Assembly (NCBI GenBank): GCA_964270895.1 | Contig: OZ185436.1 | Reading direction: 5' to 3' (one strand) | DNA: 64,000 nt | From: Podarcis filfolensis | Taxonomy: Eukaryota | In this document: in pieces, positions 1 to 13,490 of the stretch | How positions within the stretch are numbered: the first letter of the stretch is position 1 | Layout: each line of letters opens with the position of its first letter | The notes under the pieces: generated by a model | Database searches by the model: none | The model's input: only the letters and a program-made list of their open reading frames with translations | What the model was told of the DNA's origin: nothing | Made by a program: the position numbers and the translations under genes

Positions 1-643
1 ACTGGCATCTATCCATTGTTACTAATTCAGGCTGCATACAATGTCCAATTTTTGAAAAAGGCCCTTTTTCCACTCTGGGCACTGCCAGACACCCTGTTTA
101 TTGAGCATTCATCCTGATATGATTGATGAGCAATTAGACAATGTCAGCAGTTTAATGAGCATTTGCTCAGATTTGTTTGTGGAGAGGCTAGATGTGACAT
201 CAAAGCAAGTGTTTTCTCACACGTTCCACGGCATTTTGCCCTCAATTTCCTTCTTGCACAACAAACCTGCAATAGGGAAAGATAATACTTTTTCGGAAGA
301 CCTGCAAATCAACTTTAATTGCACATCCTGAATTTACTAGTATGTGAATCCCTCCTGAAAAGAGCTTCGGCACAGAAGCACCTTATGTCTTGTTTATTTC
401 TTTTGTGAGGTCAGAAATGGAATACACTTTTGCACCACTAGGGGTCTCCTGCAGCACTCTTGGAGTAGCCTCCAGCAGACACTGGTGGACCACAACTCCC
501 AGCATACCCTACTGCAGGACTTACTGCCCAACTGGATGAGAAGTGTAGTCCAGCCAGAGACTATGGACTCTTAACTCACACAGAAGTAAACAGCAACTGC
601 AAGTGATAGACTACACATAGTGCAGGGAAATCCCAGCAGCGCA

Positions 644-986
644 GGTAAAGGTAAAAGTACCCCTGATCGTTAGGTCCAGTTGTGGACGACTGGGTTGTGG
701 TGCTCATCTCACTATATAGGCCAAGGGAGCCAGTGTTTGTCCACAGACAGCTTCCGGGTAATGTGGTCAGCATGACTAAGCCACTTCTGGCGAACCATAG
801 CAACGCACGTAAACGCCATTTACCTTCCTGCTGGAGCGGTACCTATTTATCTGCTTGCACTTTGATGTGCTTTCGAACTGCTAGGTTGGCAAGAGCAGGG
901 ACCGAACAACGGGAGCTCATCCTGTCGCAGGGATTCAAACCGCGGACCTCAAGCCCTAGGCTCTGTGGTTTAACCCACAGTGCCAC
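644..986 (-). mobile_element. Sauria SINE copy (partly deleted)
   Basis: Reverse complement matches the plus-strand copy at 29301-29645 (head CACTGTGGGTTAAACCACAGAGCCTAGGGCTTG, TGCCAACCTAGCAGTTCGAAAGCAC core, TTTACCTTTAC tail); family name from recall. Confidence 0.85.
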
Positions 987-1530
987 TAGTACTAAAGCCA
1001 ATGGGGTTTACTCCCAGGAAAGTATCATAGGATTACAACTTCAAAGCACCAAGTGTTTCATAGAATACCAGATTTATACAACGATTATGTGCAATATAAT
1101 CAATAATGCTAAAGAACAGCTTATGGGTGTGCATCTGCTGGACAGGAAAACACCGTGTTGATCATCCATCAATCACTTGTCAGTAAGAAAAAACCAGCAG
1201 AGTTTTGGTATTTTTTTTAGGTTTCTAGGATTGCAAAGGAAGAAGAGTTTGGATTTGATATCCCGCTTTATCACTACCCAAAGGAGTCTCAAAGCGGCTA
1301 ACATTCTCCTTTCCCTTCCTCCCCCACAACAAACACTCTGTGAGGTGAGTGGATTGCAAAGGAATAGGAGACAGAACTTTAGGCCCATTCCGATTGCACA
1401 TTCATATTGTACAAATACCTATTTTCCTTATATCTAGGAAATGCAAGAAAATAAATACCGAGGTATTGCACCATTTTTTACCTAGACGTAGGTAGGATAA
1501 ACATACTCTAATCTGCTCCCTAAATCGCGG

Positions 1531-1677
1531 CAGTGGCGTAGCGTGGGTTGTCAGCACCCGGGGCAAGGCAAGTAATTTGTGCCCCCTAACACGTGGATTT
1601 GCACCCCCTAACCCTAACCCCCAGATGTTGCGCCCGGTGCGGCCGGCCCCCCCTGCACCCCCCACGCTACGCCACTG
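1531..1677. mobile_element. hAT-superfamily MITE, 147 bp
   Basis: Perfect 17-bp TIRs CAGTGGCGTAGCGTGGG / CCCACGCTACGCCACTG; perfect 8-bp TSD AATCGCGG at 1523-1530 and 1678-1685. Confidence 0.92.
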
Positions 1678-1719
1678 AATCGCGGAGCAGGTGCCTAGTT
1701 CAAGCTCCTGCATGCCATG

Positions 1720-1963
1720 CAGGGGTCTGCGAACTTTTTTAGCAGGGGGCCGGAGCACTGTCCCTCAGACCTTGTGGGGGGCTGGAGTATATTTGGGGGG
1801 GTGAACGAATTCCTATGCCCCACAAATAATCCAGAGATGCATTTTAAATAAAATGACACATTCTACTCATGTAAAAACACGCAGATTCCCGGACCGTCCG
1901 CAGGCCGGATTGAGAAGGCGATTAGGCCGATCCGGCCCCCAGGCCTTAGGTTGCCTACCCCTG
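1720..1963. mobile_element. hAT-like non-autonomous DNA transposon
   Basis: Imperfect TIRs CAGGGGTCTGCGAAC ... GTTGCCTACCCCTG; no matching TSD found. Confidence 0.65.
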
Positions 1964-1979
1964 CTAGAGCAACAACACT

Positions 1980-2228
1980 CATCCTGTCGGAGAGAGATGC
2001 AGAGGAAGAACCATCGGCGGGCTCGGAATTTATCTCACTCGCGCCTCCTCCAGGCTGTCACTTCTCGGCCAATCAGGGTCCAGGAGTTCCAGGCCTCCAG
2101 TTTTCATTAGTCGAAGGCCGCGTGAAGGAGCCGAGCGGCGTCCTCCAATAGGGTTGCGGGGCTGCGTCGCGCGCGAGCCGAGGAGCGAGGCTTGGCTTTG
2201 GTTGGTCGGCGCTTGCGTCTGCGGGAAG
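1980..2228 (+). promoter_or_regulatory. CDC23 CpG-island promoter and 5' UTR
   Basis: CpG-rich; CCAAT at 2069-2073 and 2145-2149; GAAGATGGCGGC (TISU/YY1 consensus) at 2225-2236 over the start codon. Confidence 0.75.
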
Positions 2229-5200
2229 ATGGCGGCGACTACCACGGCGCCAGCGGTTGTGGCCGGGTCCACCAGTGCGGATTTCTCCGACCTGCGCGGG
2301 ATCAAGAAGCAGCTGCTGGACGTGGCGGAGCGGAGCCGGGAGCGCGGCCTGCAACACAGCGGGAAGTGGTGAGGAGAAAGGGCTGCGCGTGCTCTCTATT
2401 GAGTCGCGGGAGGGCTGCGTGCAGGGTCTCCAGCAGAACGGGGGCTCCGCAGGCTGCAAGGGGCGCTCTGGGGCGACGGGATGCTGTCGCCGTAGGGAAG
2501 GGCGAGGAATAAAAGACCTCGGCAGCGAGCGCGCCCCTTGCTAACTCTTTAGCATAGCCAGGTGTCATCCGGCTACTGCACAGCTAAATTGTAATAGGGG
2601 GCTGGCTAGCTATTTTTGGGGAACGCCGTTCTGCTGTTACTAAGGTTGCTTAAGTATTATGGCTTATGATGGGTCTGTGCATAATGTGCGCATTGAAGTG
2701 CCAGCTATACATATCGGGTTGCAGGCCGCCTGCCATGTGAGGATGTATGGGCCGTGCCGGATTTACATATAGGCTAAACAAGCTATAGCTTAGGGCCCCA
2801 CTCGCTTGAGGGCCCCCCAAAAATTTAAATTAAAAAACACCTGGCTGTACATTTCCAAAATACAAGCTAAAAAACAAATAAAATAAAACCTACATGCAGC
2901 ACCAGTGTTTTGTGTTGTGTATGGACCTGTTAGATCCATAAATTACCATATAGCATATATTCAACACAAAAAAAGCAACAGTTTGTTGTTGACAAAGGAC
3001 AGCTGGACATATAAAGGGCCCCATTACCTTCAGTAGCTTAGGTCCTCATCAAACCTAAATCCAGCCCTGTGTATGGGATGTCTGTGCATGCTATTGTGCA
3101 TGTTGGGGAACCTTAGTCCTGGGGGCCAAATGCAGCTCATCAAGCTGCTGTGTCCTGCTCTTGAAACTGCCTGCTGGCTATGGCTCTTCCCCAGGCTACA
3201 CACTACCATGGCTCTCCTTTATGTCCTCCAGGGTTTTTGCCTGGATGCAGTGAGCCTGGAAACATAGGAGGCTGCCTGTTGGAGGTGAGAGTCACATCAG
3301 TTGTGCCTCCCACTCTTTGCCTCGACACGCACACCCCAGCATCATGCTGCCCCTGGAAAGTTGCGTATGAGGGGAAATGGCCCTTGTTCAGAAAAAGGTT
3401 CTCTTCCCCTGTTGTATGTAATGAGCACAGTGGTACCTCTGGTTACATACTTAATTCGTTCCGGAGGTCCGTTCTTAACCTGAAACTGTTCTTAACCTGA
3501 GGTACCACTTTAGCTAATGGGGCCTCGCGCTGATGGCGCGCAATTTCTGTTCTCATCCTGTTCTTAACCCGAGGTATTACTTCCGGGTTAGCAGAGTCTG
3601 TAACCTGAAGTGTTTGTAACCCGAAGCATTTGTAACCCGAGGTACCACTGTATTGTGAGCCAGACTGGCAGAAAGTGGTGTTTTTTAAGCTGCAGTGGGC
3701 TTTCTTGTTGTAGGGCCTCAGAGCTGGCTTTTGCCCTGGACCCTCTGCCCTTTAATGAGCTGCCTCCTGCACCTGAACTCACAGAGGTACGTACGGGAGG
3801 AGGGCTCATTTTTGCAACACATAAAACAGATGAGGCTGCTCTGATGTAGTATCCTAGAAAATCATAACTTTAAAAAGTTGTGGCAATTGAAAACAGTAAT
3901 GCTAGAAAAAAGACAAGCAGGCTCCATTTGCAAGTCAGTTTGCATGTCTAATCCACTTGAATGCTTTACTTGTTTAAGGAAGGGATGAGAGAGGTGCGCA
4001 TTTATTTAATGCTCAGTTCTTTGTAGCTGAGTTGGAGGGAAGGGTTCTGGCTGCAATCCAAAGATTAGAGGACCCTTGGTTCCCAATATTTCTTCTAGCA
4101 GTGCTAGGGTCACTTGCCAGGCAAACAATTTTTAATGCAACCAGTTTGCTTTCTTAGGATCCCTTCTTTTTAGCTTGTGTGGGCTTAATCCCTCTCACTT
4201 TGCTCTCTTGTCACCAAAGCTTAAAATATCATAAAATTAAACTGATTTTCTATTATTCTCAGAGAAGCTCAAATTGTATTAAAGAATAGGAATTTGGTCA
4301 GCCAGACATTATTTGAGAACTGTTGTTTTCAACCCTGTATTTTGTCTTTCAGTGGAAACCAAAAGCAAGAAAAGCATTTGCTTTTGTTACTTGACAGACG
4401 AAGGTGTCTAAGGAATTCATTACATTGGAATTTAACTTTTTATTTTTTTGTCCTTAGGAGGATGCTCGTGACTTGGATGCTTACACCCTTGCTAAATCTT
4501 ACTTTGATCTGAAAGAGTATGACAGGGCTGCTTACTTCCTCCGGGGCTGCAAGAGCCAGAAGGCCTATTTTCTATATATGTACTCCAGATACCTGGTGAG
4601 TTAATAAGATAAATCAGTTCCCGTTCCTTGATTTTCTCCCTCTCTTCATAAAGATTATGTGATATATCTAGAAAGTGAAGTTTTATTCTTTTTGCTTCTA
4701 GTAGCTGGACCCATGTCCAGTGAACATCTCATGATAGACAATTGCTGGTTCTTAAAATTCTTTTAAAAATTTGTTTGTTTGCAGTCAGGTGAAAAAAAGA
4801 AGGATGATGAAACAGTGGATAGTCTGGGTAAGAAACCAACACACAACTTTCTCCAGTTTGACTTTTGACGCTTGATTTACAATTTCCAAGACTACAGCTT
4901 ATTTTTTCTTCAACTATTGATTGATTTTTTTAAAAAGAAAATGCAAAACATCAGCAAATTGTTTAACTGTTAAATTAACTTCCCTTTCCCCATCATACAT
5001 TGTTCTGTATTTGAGCTAGTTTAGCATCTGTCTAAAGCAGTAGTCCTCAAAACGTTTTGCAATAGTACCACCCTTTGCTTTAAACAAAACTTTGGCAGAA
5101 TCTTTGCAGTACAATATTTAAAAATAGTTTTATAAACACATACTGCTAATGGTACCAAATAAGAGATTACTCTGTTTACAGGTCCGTTGGAAAAGGGACA

Positions 5201-8200
5201 GGTGAAGAATGAAGTTCTAAGAGAGCTACGGGTAGAGCTTAGCAAGAAACGCAAAGCCAGAGAACTGGATGGATTTGGCCTTTATCTGTAAGCACTGAAG
5301 TGATGCACTAATGACATATTGTAGGGAATAGCCATATGTTTACATCCAGGTATGATGAAGTTGGGATTGTGAAATGAATAGAGATTCTTGTATGTTTGTG
5401 TGCATGCAATTCGCCACACAAAATGTCAGGCTAGGGCACGAGGATGGCATAGGCTCTTGCCCTAGTAGTGTTTCTCTTACTCTTTCTCTGTATCCCCCTA
5501 GGTATGGAGTTGTGTTGCGAAAGCTGGACCTGGTGAAAGAGGCCATTGATGTGTTTGTTGAAGCTACCCATGTTTTGCCATTGCACTGGGGGGCCTGGCT
5601 GGAGCTTTGTAACTTGATCACAGACAAAGAAATGGTAATTTGTGGGATTCTCAGGTGCAGGTGTGTGATGATTGCTGCCCTGGATTTCTTTGGGAGGAAA
5701 GGCAGGATATAAATTCAGATCTGGCCACTATTTTCTGGTACAATTTGATCCATGAACTATCATGAGGTCGATACTGTGTTTGGTGGTTTTTCTGATTTGG
5801 AATACTTGAATTTGCCAGCAAACCTTAAGTAATTCAGTAGCAGTTGGAGGTGTTAGCATTCTTTCCATTCTAACCTTTCCTGCAGTTCTTGGGGGCTGCT
5901 GTAGACTGCTTCTCTAAATGTGTCCCTCTTTGTGGTTGTTGCCAGCTGAAGTTCCTGTCCTTGCCAGATACCTGGATAAAGGAGTTCTTCCTGGCACACA
6001 TCTACACAGAGCTGCAGCTGATAGATGAGGCCTTACAGAAGTACCAGAGTCTTATTGATGCAGGATTTTCAAAGAGCACCTACATTATCTCTCAGATTGC
6101 AGTGGCCTATCACAATATCAGAGGTCAGTGAATCCTTCCAGATTTGGGCCTTCTGGTGTTTTGTTTCCTGCTTTGTTTCCTCAGTGCCTGCCTTTCTCTT
6201 TCCTCAGATATTGATAAAGCTTTGTCCATCTTCAATGAACTAAGAAAACAAGACCCTTACAGGATAGAAAATATGGACACCTTCTCTAATCTGCTCTATG
6301 TCAGGGTGAGTACTTTTTTTCTCAATCTGAAATACATTATAGGTTGAGTAGTAGGTGGTGTGGGCAGGATGGAGTTGTTTAGCAGGCTTCCCAAAGCCAT
6401 GTTACTGAAAGGGAGAGTGGGAGGGAGCAGAGAGCTTGGCACAGTAGGAGGAGCATTGGATTGGCTGAGCTGCTCTGTCTGTATTGTGCTGAGTTCCCTG
6501 CTGCCTGACGTCTTGGTAACTGGCAGCAATGCGTTGCACTGGGGAGCCAGGTAGGCAGTCACTTCCTGTACTGCCATGCTGGCCGTTGCTGCATATGACC
6601 CTACCTCAACCTTAAATTGCTCGCAATCCTTCAGTTTGTGTAGAGAACTTTTCTGTCTATATCCCTTAAACTTACTCATGTTTTCTTAGCGGTAAACCCC
6701 AGTAGGGAAATTTGGTCTGTAAGGAAATAACAGCATTGTACTATCAAGTGAGAGAATATAACGGCAAACAGAATCAGGAAACATTTGCTACAGGGAGATG
6801 TTCCAGTTGTCTTGAACTGGTTTGTGAAGTTATTCTGGATATTGTATGAAATTGCCATCCCTGTTGCTGATGACTTCCGGACATCCCGAGATTTGTTGTT
6901 CTTGTTGGACTCTCCTAGTTCAGACAACCTAGTGACTGATTTTGTGGCTTGAAATGCAGTTACTTCTTTTTTTCATGCAGTGGTGTTACAAGAGTGTGTT
7001 TCCATCCCTGCAGTTCCACCCCCCCCCCACTGGCTCCTATCCTTAAGCTTACCACTTTCCTTTATCCCACTAGAGTATGAAGCCTGAACTGAGCTATTTG
7101 GCCCACAACCTATGTGAGATTGACAAGTACCGTGTTGAGACCTGCTGTGTGATTGGTGAGAGACCTTGCTTGCTTGAAGAGGGATGGGAGGAAGCTGCAG
7201 GACATGATCCTCTTTCACATGAAAGAGTGTTAGCAGAGTTGTTGTTTCCCAGTCCCTGGCTGCTCTCTGCTCACTTTTCATTGTGCTTTTGCCATAGGGA
7301 ACTACTATAGTTTGCGCTCACAGCATGAAAAAGCAGCTCTCTACTTCCAGAGAGCGTTGAAGCTGAATCCTCGATACCTTGGAGCATGGACCCTCATGGG
7401 ACACGAATATATGGAAATGAAAAACACATCAGCAGCTATTCAGGCATATAGGTGCGTGTGCAGATGCCTTCCAAAAACGAAGGCTTACTAGGGTGGGTTT
7501 AAACAATATCTTTTTCTATTGTTGTTACTCTCCCAATTGATTCTGCTTGTGCCTTTCTTTTTTAACAAATGCAGACTGTTATGATCTTATCTCCATTTGT
7601 GCCGTATACCTGTATACTCTTTCAAAGAATTCCTGTGGCTTTCTCTCTTCTAGACATGCCATAGAAGTGAATAAAAGAGACTACAGAGCATGGTACGGAT
7701 TGGGGCAAACATATGAGATCCTCAAGATGCCCTTTTACTGTCTCTATTACTATCGGCGGGCCCATCAGCTCAGGTAAAACTGCCCAGTATAGATACTGTC
7801 CTTGTGTCTAACTCTTTTTAGTAGCTGCCATTATCAGTGTACAGAGTCAGCTTGCTGTAAATGAAACAGGGATGCACATTGCCATGGCTGCCCTGCAGAT
7901 TACAAAATCTAATGTTTCAGTGCAGATTGACCAGAGGCAGGGGATCTTACATGTCATTTAAAAGATAATCTGATCTTTACTTTTGCAAAAAAATAATGAG
8001 AATTTGGCACTTAATATAGCTCCCCGTATCTCTCCATTGCTCCCAGACTCTTCCTACTCTACAGTTAAAGGAAGGGTGCATGGGACAATCCAAATTTTAA
8101 AACTCAATTTTGAAATCATAAGTCCCAACAGCTGGGTTTTAAGTGTTTGATTTTAGTCTCTTCTTTTGGGACGCTGACAAAAAAAAGACTGTTGTGCTAC

Positions 8201-11200
8201 TAGATTTAAAAGTGAGGGTTAGTGCTCATTGGGTTTTAGGTAGCTTTAGAAGTCTGAGCTTGTTCGGTCTTTTTGTGAGCCAGCTGATTTCATGTTTTTC
8301 ACAGGCCCAATGATTCCCGTATGCTGGTAGCTCTTGGAGAATGTTACGAGAAATTGAATCAGCTGGTGGAAGCCAAAAAGGTAGGGCGGGACATGGATTT
8401 GCATTTGAGCAGCAGCAGTGGGGATTATCCTGAACCAGATAAAGGAAATGCTAGTGTATTTCTGCTGTGCTGTTTTGTCATAACAATTGAATTGCCTCTG
8501 TCCATTCATTGCCTCTTGAGAATGTACTGGTGAATGTAGGTTATGTAGCTGGAACATAGGTACTGGGGGAAAGTGCTAAAAACTGAGCAGTTTCCAGAAC
8601 TGAGCTTTTATTCTGTTTGAACTTTTCTTCCATGTAATAATAGCAATCAGATCTTCAGATGGCTTTGTTTCTTCATCCTCTGTTCGAAAAAAAGAGGGAA
8701 ATATTGTCCAAAACTTGGAGCTAGGTTTATTGGAGTTATCACTCCTATAATCTTGTATTATGTTACTTCTGATATGCTTCATACTATTCACTCATCTCTG
8801 CTAGGCAGGATAGTAGGCAATATCACCTTTTCCCCTGACTCTGGACTAGACACTTTTGCATTTGTTGTTCTTTTCTTGACAGTGTTATTGGAGAGCCTAT
8901 GCTGTTGGAGATGTGGAAAAAATGGCACTGGTGAAACTAGCAAAGTAAGTAGTAGTTTTATATTGCTTTTCTTGGATAGATTGGCAAAACCTCCTTATCT
9001 GACCACTGCCTTTTGGACTGAAATCTTAGTCTGCAGACTTTATGATGTGGATGTTTCCTGTCTTTCTGCATAGCTCTTAGTCCTTGTGATCCCAGGAAAT
9101 TATTTAGAGGAAGTACTCCAGATTATCTTTGACCTTTATGGCAGCAATATTCTGGATAACTACTAGTGGTTTTTCCATAGTTCTTGGTATCGGCATGTGC
9201 TCTTGGTGCGTCACACAGTGTGCATTCATACAGGTACTGGCAATAATTAAATGGCTACGCATAAACAAAGTATAAAAAGTATTTTATTATGTATATCAAG
9301 ATAAATATAAAACTAAAATTGCTACAGTATGGAAATGGGATGTTTGTCTATCTTGATGAAAATGACCCCTGGGAAATACCTGTGAGTGACAGGCGCAGAG
9401 ATTAAGACATTGCCTAATGTCTTTCCCCCCTATAAATGCAGCTCACATTTGATAGGCTACCTAGGCTTACTCCAAAGCATGTCATTTGTTATTAGGATAA
9501 TCTCATCAACTACATACTGAATTCTTATAGTGGACAAGAGGTAGCTTCTTCTCTTATAGTGGTGGTCTTATCCTGTAAGCAAGAACACACTTTCGCCTTT
9601 TTTTCTTCGTTCCCAGGCTTCATGAACAGTTGAATGAATCGGAGCAAGCTGCTCAGTGCTATATCAAATACATACAAGATATCTATTCTTGTGGGGTGAG
9701 TCAGTTCCAAATGATTTTGGGAATGAAAGAGTGAAGGATATACAGAGTGGATAAAAACAGGTGTTTGTTGTTGTTTTTGTAAAAAAGAAAAACGTATTTA
9801 AATTGTATTTTTTAAATAAAAAGTTGTAAATACTCAGTTTCTCTCAGGTTAATACTAAATCTTGATAAACAAATTTACCCTGAACCAAACAATAAATACC
9901 TTTGTTCTATTCTAGGAGATAGTGGAGCACCTGGAAGTAAGCACTGCCTTCCGCTACCTGGCTCAATATTATTTCAAATGTAAACTCTGGGATGAAGCCT
10001 CAGCCTGTGCCCAGAAATGCTGTGCATTCAATGACGTGAGTAGCCAACACATCATCTGTGGACTTCTTCACTGGGTCCCATGCCTGCTTCTACCCACAGT
10101 GCCACCATTGAGACCACTCTTGGGTATGGCTATAATGGTTTGAGGCCACACATGTGTTAAGTCATACTTACACAGGATTTTGAAAGAACCTAAAAGAGAC
10201 ACTGAAAGCCCAACTCTTTTCTAGAACAACAATCTAAATCCTTCAGGATTGTCAGAGAGCTCACCCATCTACCTCTAATAATAGAACCAATCAATAATAC
10301 ACCAGATCATGACAAGAACTTTGTGAAAAGCAAGTAAGGAAATCTGCTAAAAAGTTTTTATTCCTTGTGGAAATGGAGGTTGACTTAGGTAGCTAGTTTT
10401 TGCTTGGTAAGAAAAGTGTTGCTAGTTACATGGATAAAACATGAAAATGTGCAGATATGTGCTTGCAGGCTACCCAAAAACCTCTTAGTGGGCTTTATAT
10501 GGCCTGCAGGTTAGCTTGTCCTTGAAATAGATAAAGAGAAAGCATGAACAGGAAATAAAGTATTTAGAATCCTGTTGATGAGTTGGTTTGGCATGGGGAA
10601 TCCTTTTGGCACAGCAGGCCAGATGTTCCCCACCCCGTTGGGCCAACTTTGACAGGTGGGTGGCATTGTGATATCAGATGATCGACAGGTAGGTTGCCTT
10701 GCCTCACCTGTCAAAGTTTCATTGTTCAGCACTTCCCAAATGCTTGACAGCCAGCTTTCTTAAAGGGAAACTTGGTTGTGCAGCTGACAAAGCCATGCCT
10801 CTACGTTCTCCACACCTGATGTCACATAGGACACTGGGTATGGGACAGGTGGGCATGGTTTAGAGAAAACAGTTTTGCAGACTAAATTTGGCACATGGGC
10901 CAGAGGTTCCCCACCCCAGAGTTGGTGAATAGTTTGCTGGAGTAGCCACTTCAGGGAGAAATATATCATGGGATTTGCAGTATCTAAAGGCTTGCTAGAT
11001 CTGACATTGAACCACAAGTTTGATTGCAATTCAGAATGGCTGATCTTTGCACAGGAACACCCATGTGCCCCCTTTCTAGTTATTGCACTGTGCTTGCTCT
11101 TTGCTCATGCAACTTCATTTCTCTTCCAGACAAGAGAAGAAGGGAAGGCCCTCTTGCGGCAAATCTTACAGTTACGAAATCAAGGGGAGACCTCGTCCAC

Positions 11201-11300
11201 AGAGATTGCCACACCTTTCTTGCTTCCGTCTTCACTATCTGCCAATAACACTCCAACACGCCGTGTGTCACCCCTGAACTTGTCCAATATTACACCTTAA
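2229..11300 (+). CDS. CDC23: Cell division cycle 23 / APC8, TPR subunit of the APC/C; 16 coding exons, 590 aa
   Basis: Exons 2229-2368, 3714-3786, 4458-4595, 4785-4827, 5182-5287, 5502-5634, 5946-6123, 6208-6305, 7074-7155, 7298-7451, 7654-7773, 8305-8380, 8883-8944, 9617-9695, 9916-10035, 11130-11300; all GT-AG, sum 1773 nt in frame. Recognised peptides [69 protein letters not shown]-terminal [18 protein letters not shown]. Confidence 0.98.
2752..3069. mobile_element. hAT-superfamily MITE in CDC23 intron 1
   Basis: Imperfect TIRs CCGTGCCGGATTTA / TAAATCCAGCCCTG; perfect 8-bp TSD TGTATGGG at 2744-2751 and 3070-3077. Confidence 0.85.
3428..3650. mobile_element. Tc1/mariner (Tigger-like) MITE
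   Basis: TIRs CAGTGGTACCTC / GAGGTACCACTG, TA on the right flank; same family as 16058, 27252, 56071. Confidence 0.88.
10588..10918. mobile_element. Older hAT MITE in CDC23 intron 15
   Basis: Ends TTGGCATGGGGAATCC / GGTTCCCCACCCCA; 8-bp TSD GAGTTGGT at 10580-10587 and 10919-10926; internal 14-bp inverted repeat AACTTTGACAGGTG. Confidence 0.7.
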
Positions 11301-13490
11301 AGTGTGCCTGCCTCTCTGGGCTGATGTGAACTGCAAATGTAATCCAGCTGGAGCCTGGGTTTTTCCTTCTAATACTGCCTCTCTAAGGAGAGTTCTGTAT
11401 CCAGTGATGCCTTCCTAGAAGGGCTGATAACTCATTGTTGAAGATAGTTACATTGCGGGCATTAAAGGCTGGTGGCACCATATTTCACAGTGAGTGACTG
11501 AATCCATTCTACTCCTCTTATGCCTCTCCTTTCTAGCATGACATCTTGGTTTAAGAAGGGATTCCAAGGTCACTTTCCTCCACTGGCATCAATTGGAGTT
11601 GCTTCTTCCTGTCATGTTCATGGCATTCCTTCGTAATGTCTTGCTGGCTACCAGTATGTCATCTTTTGGAGGAGAAATGATGCTGCCTTGCTCTTATTTC
11701 ATGATGGAAAGAATGTCCTTGCAGCAGTTGGTCCCTTGTCCTTTTGGTCTTAGTTACTTTTCAAGCAAAATTGCTGTGTTAGATTAGCTAGCTGGTAAAA
11801 GGAGCAAGTGGAGAGAGCAAAAGGACTGCCGTTTGTCTAGCACAAATGTAGAGACATGGGTGAAAAATGTAGTAATTCATATCCCGTCATTTCCCTTACC
11901 AATGCAGCAGCCGATGCTGTTGTGTAGCCTGGTAACAATGAAGTGGTGGGACTTCTATGTGTTCATTAAGACAAGAGTGCAATGTTGACATAGTTTTTCC
12001 ATATATACAGGCTCTAGAAATATCCACCACTATTTGAGTGGCAAAACCCATCCACAATTTTTTGTTGCCCAGGAACACAACTGTTCAGTAGAAAAAAACC
12101 TATTGCTTAGTTCTTTGAACTAAGGGGTGTTGTAAACTAGTATTCTAGCAGGGATGCAGTTTTGTTGAATATGATCCTATGATATAAAATAATGGTTGTG
12201 ATCTATCCTCAATGTGAATTAGCAGAAAAAACTAAGTGGTAAAGAATAACAATGGTATGATTTTCTTCAGCTGACATGAGAATTCAGGCATACAAAGTTG
12301 ACTTGTCTACAGTTGAGCAGGTAATGGTATCAAGCAAGCTTGAATTCTGCTTCCACTATTAAATTGTTTTTACTACACATTCTTGTCATTTATGTTAGTA
12401 AAACACAGAACTTTGACCTCTGTTGTACAGCACAGATGTTGGGGCTAGAGCACTCACATTTTGTTAATTTTTATCTTATCTGGAGATCCTTGCAGGCAGG
12501 GGTTCATACAGAGCCCTCATTTTATCATCACAAGTGGTGGTGGTGGTGGGTAGACTACTAGAGACTGATTCATGGTCAGTGAGCTACAAACTTGGGCCCA
12601 GATCTGTTCCGTCAAATTCAAACATTCAGAGCCACCCCTACCATTGGGCAGTGTCACAGCTGATTTTAGGTGCTGTGAAAGGACTGTAAATAATACATTT
12701 ATTTTTAATGTATTTTTACTCCCGGGGAAAAGCAGTTGTGGGATTTTCTGTCTTGTGTGCCAAATTACCTTGGCCTTAGGCAGCAAAATGTCTTGGTTCA
12801 GCTCTGCCAGCACTGTACTAACTTAGCTTACCGGTATACCCTAGATAGCCTTGCTTAGCACTGAAAACCAATGATAATGGAGGCTAACATTTTTCACGTT
12901 AATGCAGTTATTAATCCACTGCATCCCAATCTGCACCATACTTGCAATATATGCAAAACAAAACCCAGACACCATGTAAATAAGGATTCTGCCTATTTAG
13001 GGTATTATAGGTTGTCAAAATTGTATAGAGGTTTGGTGTAAATCATATATAATTTTAATTATTGACCCTCCAGAACCACACCTGCTGTGCCACTGCCTAA
13101 CAGTTAAGTCTTTAGGGTAATTTCCTGGCGAGTGGCTTTTTGAAAATGTAGTATACATTGCCTGTTCCATTAAAATCTTTGCATTTTGAATACTTTCTGT
13201 ATTAGGGATCATGTGCAAATTAACCATTGAAGTCTCATGCCTGGGCTACCAGAGGGACACAAAAACCAGCCTCGTGCATAGCTGTCAACGTTTCCCTTTT
13301 TTTAAGGGAAATTCCCTTATTCCGAATAGGATTCCTTGCAAGAAAAGGGAAAAGTTGACAGCTATGTCCTCGTGGTTGTGGAGCCTAGTCCACCAGACAA
13401 ATAGAAGAAACTTAAAAACAAATGCCAGAAAGGTTTCGCATATTAGAGCTTGTTCACATAAACATGAGGTTTTAGAAGACACAAGGTACA

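Noticed and set aside
101-331. 76-aa ORF and small palindrome TGAGCATTTGCTCA, possible conserved non-coding element
   Set aside because: Non-ATG start, no recognisable protein or splice context; conservation cannot be judged without alignments.
682-1161. 159-aa plus-strand ORF
   Set aside because: Mostly the antisense of a Sauria SINE; no protein similarity recognised.
5352-5420. ATGATGA (box C-like) in CDC23 intron 5 as a possible C/D snoRNA
   Set aside because: No CTGA box D or terminal stem at a suitable distance before the next exon.
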